Below, piece by piece: positions 9,042-15,830 of a stretch of DNA of 29,343 bases. The position numbers were made by a program, and so were the translations under genes. The notes beneath the pieces are model-generated. The model had not been told where the DNA came from, searched no databases, and worked only from the letters and a program-made list of their open reading frames with translations. The stretch lies in the IMG/VR virus record IMGVR_UViG_3300020151_000525; one strand, given 5' to 3'. The first letter of the stretch is position 1, and each line of letters begins with the position of its first letter. The DNA comes from a virus.

Positions 9042-9143
9042 TTTAATTAACCTGACTATTGCCCAAAGCCATATAAAAGCCATCAATCCATTAAACAATA
9101 GATAGCATAATCCTGCTCCAATGTCATCCCAAAAGTCCTTCAT
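9042..9143 (-). CDS. Possible 33-aa hydrophobic peptide
   Basis: ATG overlaps the upstream stop (ATGA at 9143-9140). Reads MKDFWDDIGAGLCYLLFNGLMAFIWLWANSQVN. The short length makes this tentative. Confidence 0.3.
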
Positions 9144-9496
9144 AATTCTAATTTAGATTTAAAGTGATTTATTAACTGTTCCATCTTATGGTCATAGTAC
9201 TTTGCAAATGTCAAGAATCCTTCCCTATCTTGTTCAAAGAGTTTATACAACACATTGCGCAGTCGTTGACCATTCGATTTCCTTTCAATTTCAAAGTCGG
9301 CTTTTAATTCGTCTAATATCTCTCTCTCATTTGTAGCGAACTCTTCCTCTTTTAGAGCGCAATAGACGAAGCTATTTTGCAAAGTGAACAATTGCCCTGC
9401 CACCTGTGGCGTCATTTCATTTGTGCCTATCACAATGGCTGTGGTTTTGTCCTTGCGTGATTTTATTGATTCGATTTGTGCAGGTAGGATTATCAT
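9140..9496 (-). CDS. Hypothetical early protein (118 aa)
   Basis: ORF coupled by ATGA overlaps on both sides. Confidence 0.6.
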   Translation of the reverse strand: MIILPAQIESIKSRKDKTTAIVIGTNEMTPQVAGQLFTLQNSFVYCALKEEEFATNEREILDELKADFEIERKSNGQRLRNVLYKLFEQDREGFLTFAKYYDHKMEQLINHFKSKLEL

Positions 9497-9678
9497 TGTT
9501 CTGGTATTCTTACGATTCGATATTTAGGTTGTCGCATTACAAATAATGGTTCGGTATCTTCACATTTACCATAAAAAACAACCATTTCATTATCATAAAA
9601 TATTCTTCTTACGTTGTGAACATAAATAGTCGATTCATTATCACGTTCACCCCAAAAATATGTTACTTCATAATTCAT
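9493..9678 (-). CDS. Hypothetical early protein (61 aa)
   Basis: 4-nt overlaps with both neighbours. Confidence 0.55.
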   Translation of the reverse strand: MNYEVTYFWGERDNESTIYVHNVRRIFYDNEMVVFYGKCEDTEPLFVMRQPKYRIVRIPEQ

Positions 9679-9860
9679 ATTGGAAATGCTCTAAATCGTT
9701 CTTCAATTTCGCTAATGCTTAATCTAAACTCAATTTTATCGCCATCAACAAAATTGGTAGTGTTTATTGATTTATCAATCATTTGTGATTTTTCCCCCCA
9801 ATGTACCCACCATTCATTAAACTGGATTTGATATTTCAGAGTTCCTTTAATTGTATTCAT
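9675..9860 (-). CDS. Hypothetical early protein (61 aa)
   Basis: ORF in the array. A TATCTTTG -7-like box (minus strand, 9872-9865) lies only 4 nt upstream of its ATG. Confidence 0.55.
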   Translation of the reverse strand: MNTIKGTLKYQIQFNEWWVHWGEKSQMIDKSINTTNFVDGDKIEFRLSISEIEERFRAFPI

Positions 9861-9873
9861 ATTTCAAAGATAA

Positions 9874-10110
9874 TTAATTTTTGAGAAAGTCAAGCAATCC
9901 AATTGCATCGTTTAAATCATTTAATGAGCCACGTTCATTTATGTTTATGATGTGATATTTTAGACCAGTTGTAAAAATGTCAACGGTGTGATTGGATAAC
10001 ATCACTCTAAAATGTGGTTTAGCTAATCGCGTCCAAACAATCATGTTATTTGATGCGTATTCATTTAGCATCTTTTCGAATAATTGACCTCTTAATTCTT
10101 TTTGTTTCAT
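9874..10110 (-). CDS. Hypothetical early protein (78 aa), first gene after the long non-coding region
   Basis: ORF with ATG at 10110. Confidence 0.55.
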   Translation of the reverse strand: MKQKELRGQLFEKMLNEYASNNMIVWTRLAKPHFRVMLSNHTVDIFTTGLKYHIININERGSLNDLNDAIGLLDFLKN

Positions 10111-10470
10111 TTCATTTCAGTTATGGACATAGTTAGGTTTTTAGGTGAATAAAGATGAACACACGTTTCTTCAATATTCAATATCCTTTTTAGTTATCTC
10201 TTTAACTTTAATTGATAACTACTCACCGCCCAAAAGTTCCAGTTAGGTACTGGCATTAATAAGGTTCTTTACTTCCTCTCACCACCAAGTCGCACCTCTG
10301 CGGAGCTTGGATTTATTATTATTAATGTTGTTCATCATTCAAACAATCTCACAGTTAAAATCACATAACCGCTACCAATTCAAATGATGGTTCTTTTCGC
10401 AGTCGCTTTTATTCGCCACTTAATTAAAGTTACATGGCAAGGGATTAAAACGGGAAAAAACCTTATTCAG

Positions 10471-10531
10471 TTATTAAAAGAAAATCCCCCAATGAATTAG
10501 ATAATGTTCAGTCATCAAATTCAAAGGGGGA
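10471..10531 (-). terminator. Long-stem rho-independent terminator (minus strand) after the sigma-factor operon
   Basis: Three stems: 10485-10490/10526-10531 (TCCCCC/GGGGGA), 10493-10498/10518-10523 (TGAATT/AATTCA) and 10500-10502/10514-10516. The loop is 11 nt. On the minus strand the hairpin is followed by TTTTCTTTT. Confidence 0.6.
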
Positions 10532-10582
10532 ATGCTATTGACAAACTGAACACAACAAATATAAAATGAATTGCGTTTAGTT

Positions 10583-10771
10583 TTATTTTGTTTTTTCAAC
10601 AATCATTGAATATATTAATATCGGTAGCCAAAAAACAGCCGTAACAAATGCACCTACCACATTGTTACGAGAAAAACGTAACATTCGATTGAGGAACATC
10701 ATACTCATCAACCCAATAAGTAATAATCCTATCCCCGTATAACAGATAAAAAAGAAATGAAGCGGATTCAT
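10583..10771 (-). CDS. Small membrane protein with two predicted TM helices (62 aa from ATG 10771; the track uses TTG at 10777)
   Basis: MNPLHFFFICYTGIGLLLIGLMSMMFLNRMLRFSRNNVVGAFVTAVFWLPILIYSMIV... The ATG lies 2 nt after the upstream TGA. Confidence 0.6.
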   Translation of the reverse strand: MNPLHFFFICYTGIGLLLIGLMSMMFLNRMLRFSRNNVVGAFVTAVFWLPILIYSMIVEKTK

Positions 10772-10773
10772 AA

Positions 10774-11265
10774 TCAAGATTGTTTTCTTCTTCGTCCACG
10801 TTTTTTCTTTTCAGTTGGTTGTACTTCTTCTATTTGTAGCACTTCCTCCCTTTTTAGTTGCTTATTGAGTTCCGCAATGGTTTGGTTGACACAAGTCACA
10901 CAACTCGTTACCTTTTCATTGCGGCCAGTCATGAGCGATTTTAAACGCGCTAATGTCGTGCGCTCGTCATTGTTCAATGCACCGTTTTTTCTTGCGTTAA
11001 AAAGAAGCGTTTGAGCATCTTGAATGAGTGAACCATCGACAACTTTCTCCCAACGATTTGCAGGGCAATCGGATAGCGTCATTTTTGTTTTAATGTCCAA
11101 AAAACAACCGCATGGTTTAAATGTAACTCCATCGATTGTCATCGTTTCAGCGAGTGGATTCAGTTTGTTGAGTGGTGTTCCACAGGTTCGCGTTGTCGCG
11201 TTATACGCTGGGCATTCAATACACGTTGCCATTCGTTTGGCTGCCATTTGTAAAATTGTATTCAT
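10774..11265 (-). CDS. Cys-rich protein (CxxC...C...CGC...CPxxxW) with a coiled-coil and a basic tail (163 aa)
   Basis: CIECPAYNATTRTCG...FKPCGCFLDIKTKMTLSDCPANRW. From memory this resembles the DUF6171-type Cys pattern (unverified). The C-terminus is KKKRGRRRKQS. Its ATG overlaps the sigma-gene stop (ATGA). Confidence 0.55.
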   Translation of the reverse strand: MNTILQMAAKRMATCIECPAYNATTRTCGTPLNKLNPLAETMTIDGVTFKPCGCFLDIKTKMTLSDCPANRWEKVVDGSLIQDAQTLLFNARKNGALNNDERTTLARLKSLMTGRNEKVTSCVTCVNQTIAELNKQLKREEVLQIEEVQPTEKKKRGRRRKQS

Positions 11266-11750
11266 AACCTTATTATTGATTTTCTTAATTCATCTTTTGC
11301 GGCTTTCACCGTCTGATATAAATAGCTTTTTGGTATTCCTGTTTCTCTGCTCAAATGATCGTAACTGAAATCATTGAGGGCGTATAAGTAAAACACTTCT
11401 CTCTCAAAGAATGGCAAGCGGCTAATATAAATGTCGAGTTGTTCGTTCGTCAAACGGTCTGCCATCCAAACGGATTCAACCGCCATATTTTGCAAATGCT
11501 CATCGCTAATGTCCGCGTAAAGTTCTGAATGTTTACGGTAAAGGTTGTGATAGCTGCTCCGATTACTGTAATAAGCAATTCGAATGGCATGAGCTACATA
11601 CGCTTCGATGTCTTTAACGTGCGTAATATCGTTTTCGAGAATGCGGCTAATTGTGTCGTGCAGTAAGTCATCCGCTTCAAACGAATTTGCGGTAAGTGAT
11701 AGCGCAATTTTGCGCCAATGGTTATATCTGACCTTTGAGATAGTCATCAA
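11262..11750 (-). CDS. Sigma-70-family (ECF-like) RNA polymerase sigma factor
   Basis: 162 aa. Region-2-like N-terminus (ADDLLHDTISRILEN...AIRIAYY). Region-4 HTH (LPFFEREVFYLYALNDFSYDHLSRETGIPKSYLYQTVKAAKDELRK). Confidence 0.65.
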   Translation of the reverse strand: MMTISKVRYNHWRKIALSLTANSFEADDLLHDTISRILENDITHVKDIEAYVAHAIRIAYYSNRSSYHNLYRKHSELYADISDEHLQNMAVESVWMADRLTNEQLDIYISRLPFFEREVFYLYALNDFSYDHLSRETGIPKSYLYQTVKAAKDELRKSIIRL

Positions 11751-12117
11751 TTACTTTAATCGTTGCTTCATATCCTTTACTATATGTAGCAAAGTAACCC
11801 CTATCGTTTAGCTTCTTAATCCACTCTTTTTGTTCTTTGCTTACTACACCTTTCAAATCTTTGATTTCAATGAGCAACCCATGATAATTACCTACCGGTT
11901 CGAATATTTGCAGGTCGGGAACTCCTTTTACATAACCAGTGGCCTTCATTTTAATCGCTTGTTTCATCGATGTACGCACTCCACCTGCGGATGCGCAGTA
12001 TAATGCACCTGGATAAGTGTATTTGATATAGTCAATAACCGCTTTTTGAACGCCTGCCTCGCCTGAATAAGGTCGTTTGACCTTGCTTTTTAGCGCATTG
12101 ATCATTGTTCTTTTCAT
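11722..12117 (-). CDS. VRR-NUC domain nuclease (131 aa from ATG 12117)
   Basis: GVPDLQIFEPVGNYHGLLIEIKDLKGVVSKEQKEWIKKLNDRGYFA matches the PD-(D/E)xK VRR-NUC signature. The track start TTG 12162 lies upstream of the likely -7 box, so ATG 12117 is preferred. Confidence 0.7.
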   Translation of the reverse strand: MKRTMINALKSKVKRPYSGEAGVQKAVIDYIKYTYPGALYCASAGGVRTSMKQAIKMKATGYVKGVPDLQIFEPVGNYHGLLIEIKDLKGVVSKEQKEWIKKLNDRGYFATYSKGYEATIKVIDDYLKGQI

Positions 12118-12264
12118 TTTCGAATCAAATTTAATCAAATTTTTTATATTGAAAATCAACAAATTACACGAAAATCAAAAAATTTTAACAATTTTCTTTA
12201 TTTTTTTCTTGTTTTATCAAATTTCTTTTACATATATTTGCACATAACAAAAAACAAAGGACAA
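12118..12264. promoter_or_regulatory. Divergent early control region with Bacteroidota-type -7 boxes and an ATCAAATTT repeat array
   Basis: Plus-strand TATATTTG at 12233-12240, 24 nt before ATG 12265. Minus-strand TAAATTTG (revcomp of 12126-12133), 8 nt before ATG 12117. AATCAAATTT occurs in perfect tandem at 12123-12132 and 12133-12142, with a 9/10 copy at 12215-12224 and two GAAAATCAA-N-AAATT copies at 12151 and 12170. Confidence 0.55.
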
Positions 12265-12447
12265 ATGAACAACGAACAAAAACTTATGGCAGAATTTGCA
12301 GCATTCTTTCAAGAAGCAAATAAAGAAGCGGCAGCAAAAGTAGAAAAAGCATTAAATCTTAATGCAGTTGAAAAATTAGTTGAGGTTACTAAAAAAGTAA
12401 AAGAGTACACTATTGAAGATGTAACTCCTCAAGGATATGGATTATAA
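12265..12447 (+). CDS. Hypothetical small helical early protein (60 aa from ATG 12265)
   Basis: MNNEQKLMAEFAAFFQEANKEAAAKVEKAL... The track start TTG 12238 overlaps the -7 box, so the ATG is preferred. Confidence 0.55.
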   Translation: MNNEQKLMAEFAAFFQEANKEAAAKVEKALNLNAVEKLVEVTKKVKEYTIEDVTPQGYGL

Positions 12448-12478
12448 TCAAACACAAACAAAGAAAAACAAAAACAAA

Positions 12479-12685
12479 ATGGAAACAATGTACCAAGTTC
12501 ACATCAAAGAAGGAATCAACGCGGAAGTTCGCAATTATGATTCTTTAGACCGCGCCAATCGTTATGTATTGGAGAAGGCAAGCGAAATGGGTTTACAGTA
12601 TGGCATTGACCAAGACGGTTGGGCATTTGCTCACGATGACAACGAAAGACCTGCAACTGAAATCTTCATCTTTCAAATCGTTTAA
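12479..12685 (+). CDS. Hypothetical early protein (68 aa from ATG 12479; alternative ATG 12437)
   Basis: The residues encoded upstream of 12479 (MDYNQTQTKKNKNK) are low-complexity and A-rich, like a leader. Confidence 0.5.
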   Translation: METMYQVHIKEGINAEVRNYDSLDRANRYVLEKASEMGLQYGIDQDGWAFAHDDNERPATEIFIFQIV

Positions 12686-12688
12686 GTC

Positions 12689-12928
12689 ATGATAGCAAAG
12701 AAAATTATTGAGTTGTATGGCAGAGAAAACGACATCACTCAAATTCAAAACAATGGTGGAATTGACATCACAGTAAAATTTTTGACCATACATGAAGCTT
12801 CATTTCTCAGAACAGTTTTGCGTGGCATGATTGACGAAAACACTCATGGGCATTTAATGAGACAAGAGGAAAAAATTGAATTACTTAACAAACTAAAAAC
12901 ATCAGTGCTTTATGAATCAATCTCTTAA
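12689..12928 (+). CDS. Hypothetical early protein (79 aa)
   Basis: ORF in the same-strand array. Confidence 0.55.
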   Translation: MIAKKIIELYGRENDITQIQNNGGIDITVKFLTIHEASFLRTVLRGMIDENTHGHLMRQEEKIELLNKLKTSVLYESIS

Positions 12929-13088
12929 CCTAACCTATCCAAAGAAGTACATTTGCGTTCAATCCGCGAGTTATCCAACTGAACAACTTGATTTCAATCA
13001 GATAGCGCAGCACATTGCAAATGGAACGAACCGCACACCGCTCGAAAGAATGGAAGAACTTTTAACAGAAAAAACATATGTACGATAG
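12912..13088 (+). CDS. Hypothetical protein (58 aa), below the track cutoff
   Basis: MNQSLNLTYPKKYICVQSASYPTEQLDFNQIAQHIANGTNRTPLERMEELLTEKTYVR. It overlaps both neighbours and fills an otherwise empty 150 nt. Confidence 0.45.
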   Translation: MNQSLNLTYPKKYICVQSASYPTEQLDFNQIAQHIANGTNRTPLERMEELLTEKTYVR

Positions 13089-13314
13089 AATAAACCCACC
13101 CGACTACCCAGTTGATGCAAACGAACTCAACAACTGCGACAGATGCAATGCAATCGTTCACGAATCAGATGCGCGTATCGTTTGGATTTCAGCTTACGAG
13201 GAAAAACAATGGTGTCCTTACTGCTACGAAAACCACACCGGTACACATCCAATCCTCAAAGAACAATGGGCAATTGGAGCAATAGATCAAGAAAACAATT
13301 TAATAATTAAATAA
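13078..13314 (+). CDS. Small zinc-ribbon-like protein (78 aa)
   Basis: CDRCNAIVH...CPYCYENH, two CxxC pairs. Confidence 0.5.
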   Translation: MYDRINPPDYPVDANELNNCDRCNAIVHESDARIVWISAYEEKQWCPYCYENHTGTHPILKEQWAIGAIDQENNLIIK

Positions 13315-13323
13315 ATAATCAAA

Positions 13324-13782
13324 ATGAAAAAAGCGAAAATCACGCACATTCAAGGGAATGGAACTTGGAACGATCTTTACAAGTTCGATGTAACTATGGA
13401 CAACAACGACACTGGAACGGTATTCAGTAAGTCACAAACACCAACCTTCGCAATTGGCGATGAAAAAACCTATGAAATTACGCCAAGTGGTAGAGGTCAC
13501 AAGATTAAATGGATTCAGGAACAACGCGCATACACACCAAGCGGTAACGGTGGGGGTGGTGGTTATCAGAAATCTCCACAGGACAAAGTGGAAATTGCTC
13601 GCGCGGTTGCTTTGAAAGCTGCGGTTGATGCCATTGGTGCAGGTGAACACCCATCGAAGTACGTTAACGTTGCGCTTTACTTTGAGCATTATTTGACAAC
13701 TGGACAGCAAGCTAACCAGGATGCAGTTGACAACGCGTTGAGCAATGCCAAGATGGATGCTAACGATGACATTCCATTTTGA
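13324..13782 (+). CDS. Putative ssDNA-binding protein with a bacterial-SSB-like C-terminal tip (..NDDIPF)
   Basis: 152 aa. N-terminal beta-rich segment, GNGGGGGYQ linker, helical segment and an acidic tail ending DANDDIPF, matching the conserved SSB C-terminal DDDIPF peptide. Confidence 0.5.
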   Translation: MKKAKITHIQGNGTWNDLYKFDVTMDNNDTGTVFSKSQTPTFAIGDEKTYEITPSGRGHKIKWIQEQRAYTPSGNGGGGGYQKSPQDKVEIARAVALKAAVDAIGAGEHPSKYVNVALYFEHYLTTGQQANQDAVDNALSNAKMDANDDIPF

Positions 13783-13830
13783 ATCCCAACCGAATGGATT
13801 AATAAATTACAATTGAAAAAAGAATAAACG

Positions 13831-13872
13831 AACAAGTACCGACCAAGTACCCAACAAGTACCCAACAAGATG
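13831..13872 (+). repeat. Phased tandem repeats (iteron/operator-like): CAAGTACC x3 plus a partial fourth copy, 11-bp period
   Basis: CAAGTACC at 13833, 13844 and 13855, and CAAGA at 13866 running into ATG 13870: aaCAAGTACCgacCAAGTACCcaaCAAGTACCcaaCAAGatg. Confidence 0.8.
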
Positions 13873-14103
13873 AAAACAGACTTCCAACAACTAATCAAAA
13901 GCAACTTCAAAAACACGATCAATTTTGGTCGTGTTATTGGGGTGAGCTACCCAACCGCGTGGCGGTATGTCAATTACCCGGTGTATATGCGTTTAATGGA
14001 CATTCAAAAGCTATCTAACGAACTTAACATCGATGTTAAGATAATCGTTCAAATGGCAATTAATAGCAGCATAGTAACAATTAAAAACGAAGGTGATGAA
14101 TAA
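13870..14103 (+). CDS. Small helix-turn-helix DNA-binding protein (77 aa)
   Basis: TINFGRVIGVSYPTAWRYVNYP... resembles Cro/excisionase-type HTH proteins. Its start is embedded in the phased repeats. Confidence 0.5.
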   Translation: MKTDFQQLIKSNFKNTINFGRVIGVSYPTAWRYVNYPVYMRLMDIQKLSNELNIDVKIIVQMAINSSIVTIKNEGDE

Positions 14104-14701
14104 GCAACTCATGAACGCATACGATAAGCTAAAAATGAATCTGATACAATCGCCCATCGCATTCGATTTGTTGCACGACATCGTGACCAATCCCAACGCG
14201 TCAACGCTAACTGAAGTAATCAAATACGACAAAGAAAAAATGGTTAGACCAGATGGTGACGAACTAACCAACACAATCCTCGAAGCGGTTTGCAATGTAT
14301 GTAAGATTGCACCCAACGAATTGTTTTGCCGCGCTCGTTATCGCGAGTTCAATGACGCTCGTAAAATTTACACCATGTTTTTGCGCATGGGTACTGATTG
14401 GAGTTTTGCCAAATTGGGAAGACACCTTAACCGCGATCATGCGACAATGATTCATAACATGAAGGTATTTAATGCACTGGTTCAAACGGATAAACAATTT
14501 CTCAAAAAAATAAATGAGATAATCAATATCTTGAATAGTAAAAAAATTTATACATTTGACGACATACTAACTACAAATAAATGGAAACATGAACGAACTA
14601 ACAGAAATATTGCAAGAGGTGCGAAAATTGCAGTTAAAACTCGATTACTTAATCGAGAAGAAGCAAAGCGACAAAAGCAGATTCACACCACCCACGCTTG
14701 A
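14096..14701 (+). CDS. DnaA C-terminal (domain IV)-like DNA-binding protein
   Basis: ARKIYTMFLRMGTDWSFAKLGRHLNRDHATMIHNMKVFNALVQTDKQFLKKINEI resembles the DnaA box-binding HTH (...R-x-IAMYL...S-x-x-IG...DH-T-V-x-H...). There is no AAA+ domain. ATG 14096 is preferred to GTG 14093. Confidence 0.55.
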   Translation: MNKQLMNAYDKLKMNLIQSPIAFDLLHDIVTNPNASTLTEVIKYDKEKMVRPDGDELTNTILEAVCNVCKIAPNELFCRARYREFNDARKIYTMFLRMGTDWSFAKLGRHLNRDHATMIHNMKVFNALVQTDKQFLKKINEIINILNSKKIYTFDDILTTNKWKHERTNRNIARGAKIAVKTRLLNREEAKRQKQIHTTHA

Positions 14702-14954
14702 GGAAGTTGCTGATTACTTCATTGAGCGAATGCCAAATGCCGACACAGAGGATGCGCTGAACTTTGCGGATGTCTTCATTAGCCATTACACCAATACCAA
14801 TTGGTATTATGGCAAAACAAAAATGAAGGATTGGAAAGCTGCGATGCGTTCAGCTTGGAAATTACACGAATTTACAACTAATAAAAAACAAAACAATGAA
14901 TCAATTGGTAGAGTACAAAGGACTCAATTACAAAACTGGATTGACAGCGAATGA
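14589..14954 (+). CDS. Hypothetical replication-module protein (121 aa)
   Basis: FTPPTLEEVADYF...NWYYGKTKMKDWKAAMRSAW is a motif common in phage replication-region proteins of unknown function. It overlaps the upstream ORF by 113 nt. Confidence 0.5.
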   Translation: MNELTEILQEVRKLQLKLDYLIEKKQSDKSRFTPPTLEEVADYFIERMPNADTEDALNFADVFISHYTNTNWYYGKTKMKDWKAAMRSAWKLHEFTTNKKQNNESIGRVQRTQLQNWIDSE

Positions 14955-15663
14955 GCGCGCATATTTAGAAGCAAAAGAGCAGGCGCGTATTTGCGATATC
15001 ACAATGCAAATGTTCAAGTCACTCATTGCGCGAACAATCGTTATCAGTGGAATCAAACAACTGCCATCGAGCGAGGAAGTCGCGATGCTATTTACTAACG
15101 CTATACATTACCATCCGTACATGACGATTGGCGAATATGCGTTAGCTTTTGAAATGAATGCCGCAGGTGTTGAATTTGCACGAATCGAAAACTATGGCAT
15201 GATAACAATAGCGTTCCAAAGTGATGTACTAAAAAACTATACGAATGTCCGTAATCAAATGAACATCGCTCTCGAAAAAAAGAAAACAAAGATGGAAACG
15301 CCAGTACAACAATATCATGAACCAATTGATTGGAAGCAAATGTTCACTACTGATATTGCACGTTGGAAGAACAACGAGCGAAATGCGGTAATGTTGCTCG
15401 CGCCTAACTTCATTGCTAAGTTTTACGAACTCGAATTGATTAACGATGACTGTTGGACTGACGATCAATGGAAGCAATGGAAGTTCGCTGCACGATTCCA
15501 AGTTATCGAAGAAAAAAAGTTAACTAAAACACGCATCGAGAGAATGAATAAAGAGGAAAGGCAATCGTTTAATTTGTCAGTGCAAAGCGAATTGATGCGC
15601 AGGTTATACGCGGATATCATGGACAGTACAATTTTACAGGAACGAATCATGCAGAAGTTATGA
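14896..15663 (+). CDS. Hypothetical protein (255 aa), replication or packaging accessory candidate
   Basis: Long ORF between the replication-type genes and the terminase. No motif recognised. Confidence 0.55.
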   Translation: MNQLVEYKGLNYKTGLTANERAYLEAKEQARICDITMQMFKSLIARTIVISGIKQLPSSEEVAMLFTNAIHYHPYMTIGEYALAFEMNAAGVEFARIENYGMITIAFQSDVLKNYTNVRNQMNIALEKKKTKMETPVQQYHEPIDWKQMFTTDIARWKNNERNAVMLLAPNFIAKFYELELINDDCWTDDQWKQWKFAARFQVIEEKKLTKTRIERMNKEERQSFNLSVQSELMRRLYADIMDSTILQERIMQKL

Positions 15664-15830
15664 TTGCATGCGGTTGTGAAGTAAAGAAAAAAGATTCTTT
15701 TCAGTGTACTGGATGCAATCAAAGATTTTGTGGTAAACATATCTATTACTACATCGATGAAGCAAACATTGCCATCACTCGCAATTCACGACCTTATTGT
15801 GAAACGTGCTATATAATTAAATACAAATGA
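15660..15830 (+). CDS. Small Cys-rich (zinc-ribbon-like) protein (56 aa), below the track cutoff
   Basis: ATGA overlap with the upstream stop. Reads MIACGCEVKKKDSFQCTGCNQRFCGKHIYYYIDEANIAITRNSRPYCETCYIIKYK. Confidence 0.5.
   Translation: MIACGCEVKKKDSFQCTGCNQRFCGKHIYYYIDEANIAITRNSRPYCETCYIIKYK

Noticed and set aside
10384-10500. 38-codon plus-strand ORF (MMVLFAVAFIRHLIKVTWQGIKTGKNLIQLLKENPPMN) inside the long non-coding region
   Set aside because: It is short, on the opposite strand to all neighbouring genes, has no convincing -7 box upstream, and ends inside the terminator hairpin. It is kept only as a remote small-peptide possibility under the 10111-10582 finding.
11897-11905. GGTTCGAAT, a tRNA T-loop-like string
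   Set aside because: It lies inside the VRR-NUC coding sequence. No acceptor, anticodon or D-arm pairing can be drawn around it. I found no tRNA elsewhere by eye, though a tRNAscan run would be the proper check.
12118-12162. TTG start at 12162 for the VRR-NUC ORF, and similar upstream TTG/GTG starts used by the track at 12238, 10777, 14093, 17695 and 29135
   Set aside because: The N-terminal extensions are low-complexity or overlap promoter-like boxes. In-frame ATGs placed right after the preceding stop give coupled, conventional starts. 29135 is an internal codon of the junction-spanning ORF.
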